A DNA stretch of 64,000 nucleotides. Origin: Candidatus Aminicenantes bacterium (GTDB lineage Bacteria > Acidobacteriota > Aminicenantia > Aminicenantales > JAFGBC01). Within the stretch, counting starts at the first letter, position 1, and the number at the start of each line of letters is the position of its first letter. Under the pieces are notes generated by a model, which saw only the letters and a program-made list of their open reading frames with translations, was not told the DNA's origin and did not search any database. This document shows positions 35,540-45,254 of this stretch, piece after piece. The translations under genes and the position numbers were made by a program. The stretch spans positions 1,088,001 through 1,152,000 of the forward strand of contig OY969696.1 in assembly GCA_963702005.1 (NCBI GenBank). The letters are read 5' to 3'.

Positions 35540-37681
35540 CTACTCAGTCCCCCCCTTTTTCGACGGGGAGGTGGCGCCGCGGAGCGAGAGCTTCGTGACG
35601 AAGGCGTCGCTCCAGCCTGCTTTGGCCTTTTGGTAAGCCCCCGGACTCGTCGGGAAGTCCTTGCTCAGGGTATAGCCCGTGACATAGACCGGGCCGTTCT
35701 CGTCCACGGCGACTCCGCGTCCGAAATCGTCCGAGGACCCGCCCAGATAGGTCGACCAGGCGAGGCTGTCTCCCCCGGCTTCGATCTTCGCTGCGAACGC
35801 CTCGTACCTGCCGTGCTTGTTTTCCTGGTAGGCGTATCGCAGGGGGAAATTCCCGCTGCCGGTATGGCCGGCAACGACGGCCTGGCCGTTGTCATCGACG
35901 GCGATATCATAGACGTAATCCTGGTCCGACCCTCCCAGGTAGGTCGAATAGACAAGGCTCTTTCCGCTCGCGTCCAGTTTCGTGATACAGGCATCGATAG
36001 TCCCATTCCGGACGGACTGGAAGGGGTGTTTGAGCGGATAATCCTTGCTGCTCGTATAGCCCGCGAGATAGGCCGCTTTTCCGCCGTCCACGGCTAAGCC
36101 GTAATTGGATTCGCCCCCGCTCCCGCCTAAGTACGTCGAGTAGATAAGAGATTTTCCGGACGCGGCGAGCTTGGCCAAGAAAATATCCGATGTGCCGCGG
36201 AGCTTGGCCTGATAGGCATTCTTGACGGGAAAATTGACGCTGATGGTTTCGCCCGAGATATAGGCGGCGCCGGCGCTGTCGACGGCGATAGCGTCCCCCC
36301 AATCGTCGGCCGATCCTCCGAGATATGTGGAATAGACAAGGCCTGCGCCGTTCGGGGCAAACTTGGTCGCGAAGGCTTCGTAGCCGCCCGGCCGCGTCTT
36401 CCGAAAGGCGTTCTTCGTCGGGAAATCCGGGCTGTTGGTGGTGCCCGTGATATAAACGGCCCCGGAGTGGTCGACGCAGATCCCATCGCAGACGTCGAAA
36501 TCGCTCCCCCCGAGGAAGGTCGAGAAGGCCAGGGCGTTTCCGGCCGATGAGAGCTTGGCCACGAAAAGATCCGAGGGGCCGGCCAGGGCTCCTTGGAAGG
36601 CATTTTTCACGGGGAAATCGGAGCTCTCCGTGTCTCCCGCCACATAAGCGGCCCCGGTCCCGTCGACAGCGATGGCGTTTCCCCATTCGCGCTTTTGCCC
36701 GCCCAGGTAGGTCGAATAGACGAGGCTCTTGCCGTTGGGCGCGATTTTGGTAACGAAAGCGTCCATAGCGCCCCCCGTTACGGCTTGGAAGGGGTTCTTC
36801 GTCGGGAGATTCTTGCTGTAGGTCTCGCCGACGATGTAGACGGATTTGTCGGGGCCGAGGGCGATGGCTTCTCCGTAGTCGTCGTAAGTCCCTCCGAGGT
36901 AGGTCGAATAGATGAGGACGACCGGGTCGATGACGAGCTCGTAAGCGGGATCATAGCCCTTTGTGCTGAAACCGTATTCGTTTTCCCCGATCTTCCGGAA
37001 GATCGCTTCAACCGGAACCCGCCGTCCCCCGATGACCTGAAAACTCGTCGGACGGAGGTGTCTGAACTCCCCGGCCCCCGTCCTGACCAGGATGTTCCCA
37101 TCCCGCTCGATCTCGCTGCCCTCAACGCCCTGATACCTGAATCGGATCTCCCGGAGCTCTCCGCCCGGCCTGACCAGCCAGTCGTATTCGATCCGGCCTT
37201 CCCGGCCGTAGACCTTGAGGTCGATATTCCTGTAGACGCTTCCATAAACGACGGCCGTGGAAGTGGGGATATCCGTCCGCCAAGCCGAGGGATCGTTGCC
37301 GGTCAGGTAGTTGACCCTGTAAGCGGACGGCTCGGCGGCCCTGACCTCGGCATTCGAATTCGCGCCGATAAAAAGGAGACGCGATACGCGCCGCTCGAAG
37401 TCAGGGTCCTCCGACGTCGGCCTGACCGCATCGAAGATAAGACCCGACTTCGTGACCCAGAGCGTGGTCCCCGAAGTTCTGGCATAGTAGAGGGCCTCGG
37501 CATCAGTCTGACCCCGGTTCGGGATAAAGTACAGCGGGAGCGCCCCGCAGTCCGCGTCAAGCCTTAGCGGCTCGGACGGCGCGCGTCCCGGTCCGGACGC
37601 GAGGTCGCCCGAGGCGGAGGCACACAGAATCATGAGCGCTAATCCCACGAATAAACTCAAGGCCGGGAAACACTTCCTCAT
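35540..37681 (-). CDS. SBBP (seven-bladed beta-propeller) repeat surface protein
   Basis: LPLYFIPNRGQ N-domain, repeated LVYSTYLGG..D.G..IAVD..G.AY.AG.T.S.DFP. Confidence 0.9.
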   Translation of the reverse strand: MRKCFPALSLFVGLALMILCASASGDLASGPGRAPSEPLRLDADCGALPLYFIPNRGQTDAEALYYARTSGTTLWVTKSGLIFDAVRPTSEDPDFERRVSRLLFIGANSNAEVRAAEPSAYRVNYLTGNDPSAWRTDIPTSTAVVYGSVYRNIDLKVYGREGRIEYDWLVRPGGELREIRFRYQGVEGSEIERDGNILVRTGAGEFRHLRPTSFQVIGGRRVPVEAIFRKIGENEYGFSTKGYDPAYELVIDPVVLIYSTYLGGTYDDYGEAIALGPDKSVYIVGETYSKNLPTKNPFQAVTGGAMDAFVTKIAPNGKSLVYSTYLGGQKREWGNAIAVDGTGAAYVAGDTESSDFPVKNAFQGALAGPSDLFVAKLSSAGNALAFSTFLGGSDFDVCDGICVDHSGAVYITGTTNSPDFPTKNAFRKTRPGGYEAFATKFAPNGAGLVYSTYLGGSADDWGDAIAVDSAGAAYISGETISVNFPVKNAYQAKLRGTSDIFLAKLAASGKSLIYSTYLGGSGGESNYGLAVDGGKAAYLAGYTSSKDYPLKHPFQSVRNGTIDACITKLDASGKSLVYSTYLGGSDQDYVYDIAVDDNGQAVVAGHTGSGNFPLRYAYQENKHGRYEAFAAKIEAGGDSLAWSTYLGGSSDDFGRGVAVDENGPVYVTGYTLSKDFPTSPGAYQKAKAGWSDAFVTKLSLRGATSPSKKGGTE

Positions 37682-37825
37682 CGGTCCCTCCTTACGCATG
37701 ATCGGACTTTATTGCCTTAGCTGCATTATTTTCTATGGCCGTGCCGGTTGTCAAGCCGGCGCTAGCGACGGGGAGCGGTTCTTTTTTATCAAATCCTGGA
37801 ATTGCACTTAGCGAGCGGCGGAAAA

Positions 37826-37854
37826 TTGACATAAACCTTTAAATGTCCTATATT
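37826..37854 (+). promoter_or_regulatory. sigma70 promoter TTGACA-N17-TATATT for gdh
   Basis: Near-consensus boxes. Confidence 0.7.
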
Positions 37855-37902
37855 TATAAACCATTATTCCGCCCCTAACATGCAATCCTGAGGAGGATCG
37901 AT

Positions 37903-39189
37903 ATGGAGAAGAGGCCTTTTAACGCCTTCGAAATGGCTCAGCAGCAGTTCGACGGCGTAGCCGAGAAGCTCGGCCTCGAACCCTCAGTCCGAGAGCTGCT
38001 TCGCAACCCCTTGCGCGAGTACCACTTCCTGATCCCGATCCGGATGGATGACGGCGGACGCCAGGTTTTCAAAGGATTCCGCGTTCAGCATAACGACGCC
38101 CGCGGCCCGTGCAAGGGCGGCATCCGCTTCCACCCCCACGAAACGGTCGACACGGTCCGCGCCCTGGCCATGTGGATGACCTGGAAAACGGCCGTCGTCG
38201 ACATCCCGCTCGGGGGCGGCAAGGGCGGCGTCATCTGCGACCCCCACAACCTGAGCGATCGCGAGCAAGAGGCCGTCTGCCGCGGCTGGGTTCGCCAGGT
38301 TGCCATGAACGTGGGCCATGAGCAGGACGTCCCCGCCCCGGATGTCATGACCCACGGCCAGCACATGCTCTGGATGCTCGACGAGTTCGAGCGGATCCGG
38401 GGAGGGAAGTTCCCCGGCTTCATCACCGGCAAGCCGGTCGGCATGGGCGGCTCGCTGGGCCGGACCGAAGCGACCGGCTACGGCGTCATGTACGCGGTTC
38501 GCGAGGCCATGAAGGAAATCGGGCTCGATATCAAGAAGGCGGTCGGAGCCTTCCAGGGTTTCGGGAACGTCTCCCAGTACGCCGTCCGGCTCTTCCGCGA
38601 GTACGGCGGGAAGCCCGTCTGCGTCTCCTGCTGGGACCAGGCCGACCAGACGTCCTACACCTTCCGGCGCGAGAGCGGGATCGATCCCGACGAGCTCATG
38701 GCCATCACCGACAAGTTCGGCACGATCGATAAAACCAAGGCCCGGAAGGCCGGCTACGAAATCCTGCCCGGCGAAGCCTGGATCGAGCAGGAGGCCGACC
38801 TCCTCGTTCCGGCCGCCCTCGAGAACCAAGTCAGCGGAGCCAACGCCGGCAAAATCCACAAGCGGGTCAGGGTCATCGCCGAGGGAGCCAACGGGCCGAC
38901 GACCCCCGAGGCCGACCTGGTCATCCGCGAGCGCGGGATCTTCATGATCCCCGATTTCCTGTGCAACGCCGGCGGCGTCACCTGCAGCTATTTTGAGCAG
39001 GTCCAGTGCAATATGAATTTCTACTGGGGGATGAACGAGGTCCTCTCCCGGCTGGACGAGAAGATGACGGCCGGTTTCAAGGCCGTCTCCGCGCTCGCCC
39101 GCAAGCAGAACGTTTATATGCGCGACGCCGCCTACATGATCGCGATTTCCCGGGTCGCCGAGGCCTGCCGCCTCCGCGGCTGGGTCTGA
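37903..39189 (+). CDS. gdhA: Glu/Leu/Phe/Val dehydrogenase (glutamate dehydrogenase)
   Basis: RGPCKGGIRFHP, MTWK, GGGKGG, DVPAPD, GRTEATGYG, QGFGNV, EGANGPTT, NAGGVTCSYFE. Confidence 0.93.
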   Translation: MEKRPFNAFEMAQQQFDGVAEKLGLEPSVRELLRNPLREYHFLIPIRMDDGGRQVFKGFRVQHNDARGPCKGGIRFHPHETVDTVRALAMWMTWKTAVVDIPLGGGKGGVICDPHNLSDREQEAVCRGWVRQVAMNVGHEQDVPAPDVMTHGQHMLWMLDEFERIRGGKFPGFITGKPVGMGGSLGRTEATGYGVMYAVREAMKEIGLDIKKAVGAFQGFGNVSQYAVRLFREYGGKPVCVSCWDQADQTSYTFRRESGIDPDELMAITDKFGTIDKTKARKAGYEILPGEAWIEQEADLLVPAALENQVSGANAGKIHKRVRVIAEGANGPTTPEADLVIRERGIFMIPDFLCNAGGVTCSYFEQVQCNMNFYWGMNEVLSRLDEKMTAGFKAVSALARKQNVYMRDAAYMIAISRVAEACRLRGWV

Positions 39190-39233
39190 GCCCGGGCCGC
39201 CGGCCGCGGCCGGCGGGGGCGGACGGCAAGGAC

Positions 39234-42014
39234 ATGAATAATAACAAAGGGCCCGTCCTCGTCCCGAGCGGACGACTCCGCGAGCGGGTCAAGGAGCTCG
39301 AGTGCCTCCAGGCCGTCGTGGAGATCATCGACACGCCCGGCCTGCGCTCCCATGAGGTCCTCCAGGGCGTCGTCGATATCATCCCCTCCGGCTGGCAGTA
39401 TCCGGAGCAGTGCCGGGCCCGCATCAAGTACCGGAAGGCTGTTTTCCATACGCCCGGCTTCGTCGAAACCCGCTGGATCCAGCGCGTTCCGCTGAAAGCC
39501 CACGGGGTTCCGGTCGGGGCCCTCGAGGTTTGCTACTTCGAGAACGTCTCGAACCGCGAGGACCCCTTCCTGCTCGAGGAGAAGAAGCTCATCGCCCTGA
39601 TCGGGAACCGCATCAGCCGGCTGATCGAGGACTGGGAAAGAGCGGCTCTGCCGGCCGCACCGGCCGCCGGGGCTGGTCCCTGTCCCAAGCGGAAGACCGA
39701 GTGGAACGTTATCATGGACCTCCTCAAGGAGACCGACGCCATCCTCTACAAGCGGATCCTGCGCCGGCTCATGAACCACCTCCACTGGCAGGGCGTCCCG
39801 GGCGTCCAGGGTCTTCTTCTCCATTTCGCGCCCGAATTCTATCCGGGGGAACCCGAGGCGCCCCGGGACGAAAACCAGCCGCTCCCCAAACGGAACGTCG
39901 AAACCCTGGAGAGGGTGTTCGAGGAGGCCCTCTGGATCGCCTCGCTGGCCATCCCCGACCGGGAGTTGTCCGACCTCCTCAAGCAGTGGATGCGCCAGGA
40001 CAAGCTCGGCGACTTCATGCTCGCGACCGAAAAGCGGGATATCTCCCTGGTCGAGCTCAAGGAGATCGTTAACCGCTTCACGCGGACGACGGCCGAGGAC
40101 GAGCAAGCCCTGTCCCGGGCCGACGACCTCCAGGCCCGGATCGCCCTCATCCGCCGCTTCCTGAGCGAACGGCTGCCCTTCATCCGGATCGCCAAGGAGT
40201 TCATCTCCATCCATAGTTTCGGCCGGGTCTTGGCCCGCGTCGCCGGCCCCAGCCAGGGGACGGGCCGGCTGGGAGGAAAGGCCGCCGGCATGGTCCTGGC
40301 CGATCACATCCTCCGCAAAAAATCCGGGGAGAATCCGGCCATCGGCGAATTCCGCGTCCCCGACACCTGGTTCATCGCTTCGGACGGGGTCATGGATTTC
40401 ATCCACTACAACTTCCTCGAGGACCTTCAAAGCTTCAAGTTCTCGCCGATCGAGGAGGTCCGCCATAACTATCCCTATCTCGAGCAGGTCTTCAAACACT
40501 CCTTCTTCTCGCCCGAGATCCACAGCCAGCTCAGGCTCATCCTGGACGACATGGGCGAGGGACCGCTCATCGTCCGCTCCTCGAGCCTTCTCGAAGACAG
40601 CAAGAACATGGCCTTTTCGGGGAAGTACAAAAGCTTGTTCCTGGCCAACACCGGCCCCAAGGAGGAGCGGCTGGCGGCTCTCCTCGACGCCGTGGCCGAG
40701 GTCTACGCCTCGCTCTTCAACCCGGACGCCATCCAGTACCGGGCCGAGCGCGGGCTCCTCGACTATTACGAGGAGATGGGCGTCCTCGTCCAGAGGGTCG
40801 TCGGGCGCCGCGTCGGCCGCTTCTTCTTCCCGGCCTTCGCCGGGGTCGCCTTCGGCAACAATGAATTCCGCTGGTCGCCCCGGGTCCAGCGCGAGGACGG
40901 AGTCCTCCGCCTGGTGGCCGGGCTGGGGACGCGGGCCGTCGACCGGGTCGGGAACGATTATCCCGTCCTGGTCAGCCCCGGCCAGCCCGGGATCCGGGTC
41001 AACGTGACGCCCGAGGAGGTCCTCCACTACGCCCAGAAGCACGTCGACGTCATCAACCTGGAAACGGGGCGTTTCGAGACGCACCCGATCGACGAGATCC
41101 TCAAGGAGGTCGGCGCCGACTTTCCGCTCTGGGACCGGATCCTATCCGTCAGCGACGGGAGCACGGTCCGCCGGGCGAATCGCGCCCTGGACCGCCCGGA
41201 CCGGGATGACATGGTGGTGACCTTCAACGGCCTCATCGAAGGGACGGGATTCATCAAGCAGATGCGGGAGCTGATGCGGGCTCTCCGGGACACCTTCGGG
41301 ATGCCGATGGACGTCGAGTTCGCCCACGACGGGGCCAGTCTTTATATCCTTCAGTGCCGGCCCCAGAGCCAAGTCGATGACGAGGGGCCGGTCGAGATCC
41401 CGGCCTGGGTTCCCGAGCGGCGAAAGCTTTTCTCCGCGAACCGCTACGTGACGAACGCCCTGGTTCGGGGGATCCGGACCATCGTCTACGTGGACCCGGA
41501 GCGATACGGCGAGATGTCTTCGCTTGCCGACATGATCGCCGTCGGCGAAGCCGTCAACCGGCTCAATGCCCTGCTCCCCCCCAAGTCGTTCATCCTGATG
41601 GGTCCGGGGCGGTGGGGGAGCCGCGGCGACATCAAGCTCGGGGTCCGGGTCACCTACTCGGACATCAACAACACGGCCATGCTCGTCGAGATCGCCCGCA
41701 AGGTCGGCAACTACGTCCCCGACCTGTCTTTCGGGACTCATTTCTTCCAGGACCTGGTTGAAGCCCGCATCCGCTACCTGGCCCTCTATCCCGACGAGGA
41801 GGGGGCGATTTTCGCCCAAGATTTCTTCAGCAAGACGCCGAACGCGCTGGCCAAGCTCCTTCCCGAGTACGAATATCTCTCGGACGTCGTCCGGGTGATC
41901 GACGTCGCCGAGGCGGCCGGCGGCTGCGAAGTTCAGATCGTCATGGACGCCGAGAGCGAACGAGCCCTCGGCTTCCTGGCCGACCAGAAGCCGGGGTCCT
42001 GCCAGGGGCCGTAG
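39234..42014 (+). CDS. PEP synthase/PPDK N-terminal (ATP-grasp) domain protein lacking the His and PEP-binding domains
   Basis: LGGKAAG, IVRSSSLLED, FSGKY.S, EEMGVLVQ, DVEFA, LQCRP, GPGRWGS, DLSFGTHFFQDLVE. Confidence 0.8.
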   Translation: MNNNKGPVLVPSGRLRERVKELECLQAVVEIIDTPGLRSHEVLQGVVDIIPSGWQYPEQCRARIKYRKAVFHTPGFVETRWIQRVPLKAHGVPVGALEVCYFENVSNREDPFLLEEKKLIALIGNRISRLIEDWERAALPAAPAAGAGPCPKRKTEWNVIMDLLKETDAILYKRILRRLMNHLHWQGVPGVQGLLLHFAPEFYPGEPEAPRDENQPLPKRNVETLERVFEEALWIASLAIPDRELSDLLKQWMRQDKLGDFMLATEKRDISLVELKEIVNRFTRTTAEDEQALSRADDLQARIALIRRFLSERLPFIRIAKEFISIHSFGRVLARVAGPSQGTGRLGGKAAGMVLADHILRKKSGENPAIGEFRVPDTWFIASDGVMDFIHYNFLEDLQSFKFSPIEEVRHNYPYLEQVFKHSFFSPEIHSQLRLILDDMGEGPLIVRSSSLLEDSKNMAFSGKYKSLFLANTGPKEERLAALLDAVAEVYASLFNPDAIQYRAERGLLDYYEEMGVLVQRVVGRRVGRFFFPAFAGVAFGNNEFRWSPRVQREDGVLRLVAGLGTRAVDRVGNDYPVLVSPGQPGIRVNVTPEEVLHYAQKHVDVINLETGRFETHPIDEILKEVGADFPLWDRILSVSDGSTVRRANRALDRPDRDDMVVTFNGLIEGTGFIKQMRELMRALRDTFGMPMDVEFAHDGASLYILQCRPQSQVDDEGPVEIPAWVPERRKLFSANRYVTNALVRGIRTIVYVDPERYGEMSSLADMIAVGEAVNRLNALLPPKSFILMGPGRWGSRGDIKLGVRVTYSDINNTAMLVEIARKVGNYVPDLSFGTHFFQDLVEARIRYLALYPDEEGAIFAQDFFSKTPNALAKLLPEYEYLSDVVRVIDVAEAAGGCEVQIVMDAESERALGFLADQKPGSCQGP

Positions 42015-42030
42015 CCGGCGCGGACGAGCG

Positions 42031-43830
42031 ATGGAGCGCCGCAAGACGATCTTTTTGGTCGAGGACGAAGCCTTAGTCGCTGCGGCTGAGGCGAAGAATC
42101 TCGAGAATGAAGGCTACGAAGTCCTCACGGCCAAGTCCGGCCGGGAGGCGGTCGAGACGTTCAGGGCGTCCGCGGAAGGGATCGACCTCGTTCTGATGGA
42201 CGTCAACCTGGGGCCGGGTCAGGACGGGATCGAGGCGGCCCGGGAAATCCTGGCCATCCGCGAAATCCCCGTCCTGTTTCTCTCTTCCCATGCGGAGCCG
42301 GAAATCGTCAAGAAAGCGGAATCGATCTCCTCCTACGGCTATGTCATGAAGGATACCGGGCCGGCCGTGCTGTCGGCGTCGATTAAAATGGCCTTCCGTC
42401 TTTACGACGCTCAGGAGGAGTTCCGGGCCAGGGCCCGGGAAGTCGAAGTCGTCAACAGAAAGCTGCGCGAGAGCGAGGACCTCTACCGGCAGTTGTTCGA
42501 GAGCGAATCGGATGCGCTGTTCCTGATCGATAACGAAACCGGATGGGTCCTGGAGGCCAATACGGCCGCCTCCGTCCTTTACGGCTACGGCCGGGACGAA
42601 CTTCTCGCCAAGAGAAACACCGATCTGTCCTCCGAGCCCGAACAAACACAGCAGGTGACGACAACGACTCCTCCCGATCCCGGCCAGGTTGTCTTCATCC
42701 CGCTCCGCTATCACCGCAAAAAAGACGGGACCGTTTTTCCGGTCGAAATAACGGGACGATTCTTTCTCTGGCGCGGCCGTTCCGTCCACATCGCCGCCAT
42801 CCGGGATATCTCCGAACGCCGGCGGGCGGAAGAAGCCCTCAAGCGGAGCGAGGAGAAATTCTTCAAGGCATTCCACTCCAGCCCGGACGCCATCCTCATC
42901 AGCCGGGCATCGGACGGCCGTCTCGTGGAGGTCAACGAGGGTTTTGTTCATCTATCGGGCTACTCTCGGGAGGAAGCGCTGGCCAGCTCCACGGTCATCC
43001 TGAATCTCTGGGCCGATCCCAAGGACAGGGAGCGGGTCCTAGCGGCGCTTAACCGGTCCAAGGGAGTCCGCGGGCTCATATTCCGGTTCCGGACCAAGTC
43101 GGGCGCGATCCTCGATTGCCTCTACTCGGCCGAAATCATCATGCTGAACGACGAAGCGCATGTTTTTTCCGTCGTCCATGACATCACCGAGCGCAAGAGA
43201 GCGGCCGACGCCTTGGCTCGCTCGCTCGCGGACAAAGAGGTCCTGATGAAGGAGCTCCAGCACAGGGTCAAGAACAGCCTCAGCGTCGTCGCGGGCTTGC
43301 TGGGCCTGGAGATGGAAAACCTTGACGAGGGGCGGACACGGAAGATGTTTGAAAGCTTGAGGTCCCGCATCAATTCCATGGGGGCCGTCTACGAACAGCT
43401 CTACCGCGGAGAAGGCCTCGGCCGGATCGACTTTCAAGCCTATGTCCGGAAGCTGACGGCGGCGCTGACCGCTTCCTACGCGCCGGATGGCAAGAGAATT
43501 CAAATTACGACCCGCCTAGCTGAAATGGAGCTGGATCTGAAACGGGCGGTGCCGTTGGGCCTGATTTTAAACGAGATCATCACGAACGCCTTGAAACATG
43601 CCTATCCGTCGGAACGAACGGGCGAGATCCGCATCGAGCTCGGCCGGACGGCCAAAGCGGTGGAGCTGCGTGTCTCCGACGACGGCGTCGGCATGGAAGA
43701 GGGAACGCGGCTGGCCGGAGAGCCGGGGGCGGGCCTGAAGCTGATCAAAATGCTGGTCGAGCAAATCGACGGACGCGTCACCTACAGCAGCGGGCCGGGG
43801 ACGACGGCGGTCGTCACCTTCCGGCTTTAG
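42031..43830 (+). CDS. Hybrid signalling protein: receiver + 2 PAS + HisKA_2/HATPase histidine kinase
   Basis: LVEDE, DLVLMD, two PAS domains, ELQHRVKN, NEIITNALKHAY, VSDDGVG. Confidence 0.9.
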   Translation: MERRKTIFLVEDEALVAAAEAKNLENEGYEVLTAKSGREAVETFRASAEGIDLVLMDVNLGPGQDGIEAAREILAIREIPVLFLSSHAEPEIVKKAESISSYGYVMKDTGPAVLSASIKMAFRLYDAQEEFRARAREVEVVNRKLRESEDLYRQLFESESDALFLIDNETGWVLEANTAASVLYGYGRDELLAKRNTDLSSEPEQTQQVTTTTPPDPGQVVFIPLRYHRKKDGTVFPVEITGRFFLWRGRSVHIAAIRDISERRRAEEALKRSEEKFFKAFHSSPDAILISRASDGRLVEVNEGFVHLSGYSREEALASSTVILNLWADPKDRERVLAALNRSKGVRGLIFRFRTKSGAILDCLYSAEIIMLNDEAHVFSVVHDITERKRAADALARSLADKEVLMKELQHRVKNSLSVVAGLLGLEMENLDEGRTRKMFESLRSRINSMGAVYEQLYRGEGLGRIDFQAYVRKLTAALTASYAPDGKRIQITTRLAEMELDLKRAVPLGLILNEIITNALKHAYPSERTGEIRIELGRTAKAVELRVSDDGVGMEEGTRLAGEPGAGLKLIKMLVEQIDGRVTYSSGPGTTAVVTFRL

Positions 43831-43856
43831 GCGCGACCGTCCAAAGGAGGTTTTGA

Positions 43857-45209
43857 GTGTTGAAACGTTTCGTCCTGGTCCTTAGCCTGGCCGCTCTGCT
43901 CCTGGCCGGGAGCGGGCTTGCCGCGAAGTCCGAGTCCGGCTATCCCTCGGTCCTGAGCATTCGGGAGAGGGCGGCCCTGGTCAACGCCGTCGCCCTGAAG
44001 CGCCTCGAGCGGCTCCTGCCCCGCCTCATGAGGGAGACCGGGTTCGACATGTGGATCGTCGCCTGCAACGAGGACAACCTCGACCCCGTCTTCGAGACCA
44101 TGATCCCCTACGAGAACTGGTGTCCGATAACCCAGATCCTCGTCTTCTACGACAAGGGCCCGGACAAGGGCGTCGAACGGCTGAACTGTTCGCGGACGGA
44201 CACGCAGGGTCTTTTCCAAAACGTTTGGGACGCCGCCGCCTGGGATTCCAAGAAAGGCGAGAGCCAGTGGGACTGCCTGGGGCGGATCGTCCGGGATCGG
44301 GACCCGCGCCGGATCGGGATCAACGAAGGCGAAGTCCAGTGGGCGGCCGGGGCGCTGACCTCCGTCCTCAAGAAGCGGCTCGTCGAAGCGATCGGGCCGA
44401 AATGCGCGGCCCGGCTCGTCTCGGCCGAGCCCCTCGTCACGCTCTGGTTGGAAACGCTCATCGACGAGGAGGTCGAGATCATGGAGCGGGCGGCGGCTCT
44501 CTCCCGGGCGATCATCGCCGAGATGTTCTCGAGCCGGGTCGTGACCCCGGGCGTCACCACGACAGACGACCTCCGCTATTTTTATTGGCAGACCGTCGCC
44601 GACCTCGGCCTCAAGGTCTCCTTCAGCCCCTTCGTCAGCATCCGGGGCCGCGACCCCAAGGTCCTCGAGGAGCGCGGGAAGGACGACAAGGTCCTCCGCC
44701 CCGGAGACCTCGTCCACTGCGACGTCGGGCTCAAATACATGCGTTGGAATTCGGACCACCAGGAGATGGCCTACCTGCTGAAACAGGGGGAGACGGAGGC
44801 GCCCGAGACGTTCCGCAAGCTCATGGCCGAAGCCAACCGGCTTCAGGATGTCTACTGCGGCGAGTTCAAGGCCGGGCTGACCGGGAACGAGCTTCTGGGC
44901 CGTATGCTCGGCAAGGCCCGCGAAATGGGAATCCCCGGGCCCAAAATCTATTCGCATTCTCTCGGGCTTTTCCTCCACGAGCCGGGACCGCTCATCGGAT
45001 TGCCCTGGGAGCAGGTCAACAACCAGGGCAGGGGAGACGTCAAGCTGGTTCCCAACAGCTGCTTCACCGCCGAGATGAGCGTCACCGCGCCCGTCCCGGA
45101 ATGGGGCGGGAAGGAGTTCCGGCTCCCGCTCGAGCAGGATGTCGTCTTTACGGAAGCAGGGGTCCGTTTCCTGGCGGGACGCCAGACGGCGTTCCACTTG
45201 ATCCGCTAG
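43857..45209 (+). CDS. Exported M24-family metallopeptidase (Xaa-Pro aminopeptidase-like)
   Basis: Signal peptide, GDLVHCDVG..Y....SDHQ, YSHSLG...H.PG, AEM, EQD. Confidence 0.8.
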   Translation: MLKRFVLVLSLAALLLAGSGLAAKSESGYPSVLSIRERAALVNAVALKRLERLLPRLMRETGFDMWIVACNEDNLDPVFETMIPYENWCPITQILVFYDKGPDKGVERLNCSRTDTQGLFQNVWDAAAWDSKKGESQWDCLGRIVRDRDPRRIGINEGEVQWAAGALTSVLKKRLVEAIGPKCAARLVSAEPLVTLWLETLIDEEVEIMERAAALSRAIIAEMFSSRVVTPGVTTTDDLRYFYWQTVADLGLKVSFSPFVSIRGRDPKVLEERGKDDKVLRPGDLVHCDVGLKYMRWNSDHQEMAYLLKQGETEAPETFRKLMAEANRLQDVYCGEFKAGLTGNELLGRMLGKAREMGIPGPKIYSHSLGLFLHEPGPLIGLPWEQVNNQGRGDVKLVPNSCFTAEMSVTAPVPEWGGKEFRLPLEQDVVFTEAGVRFLAGRQTAFHLIR

Positions 45210-45254
45210 CGGACGGCCGCGGGCTTCCGCGTATCCGCGACGGACCCCGCGCGA

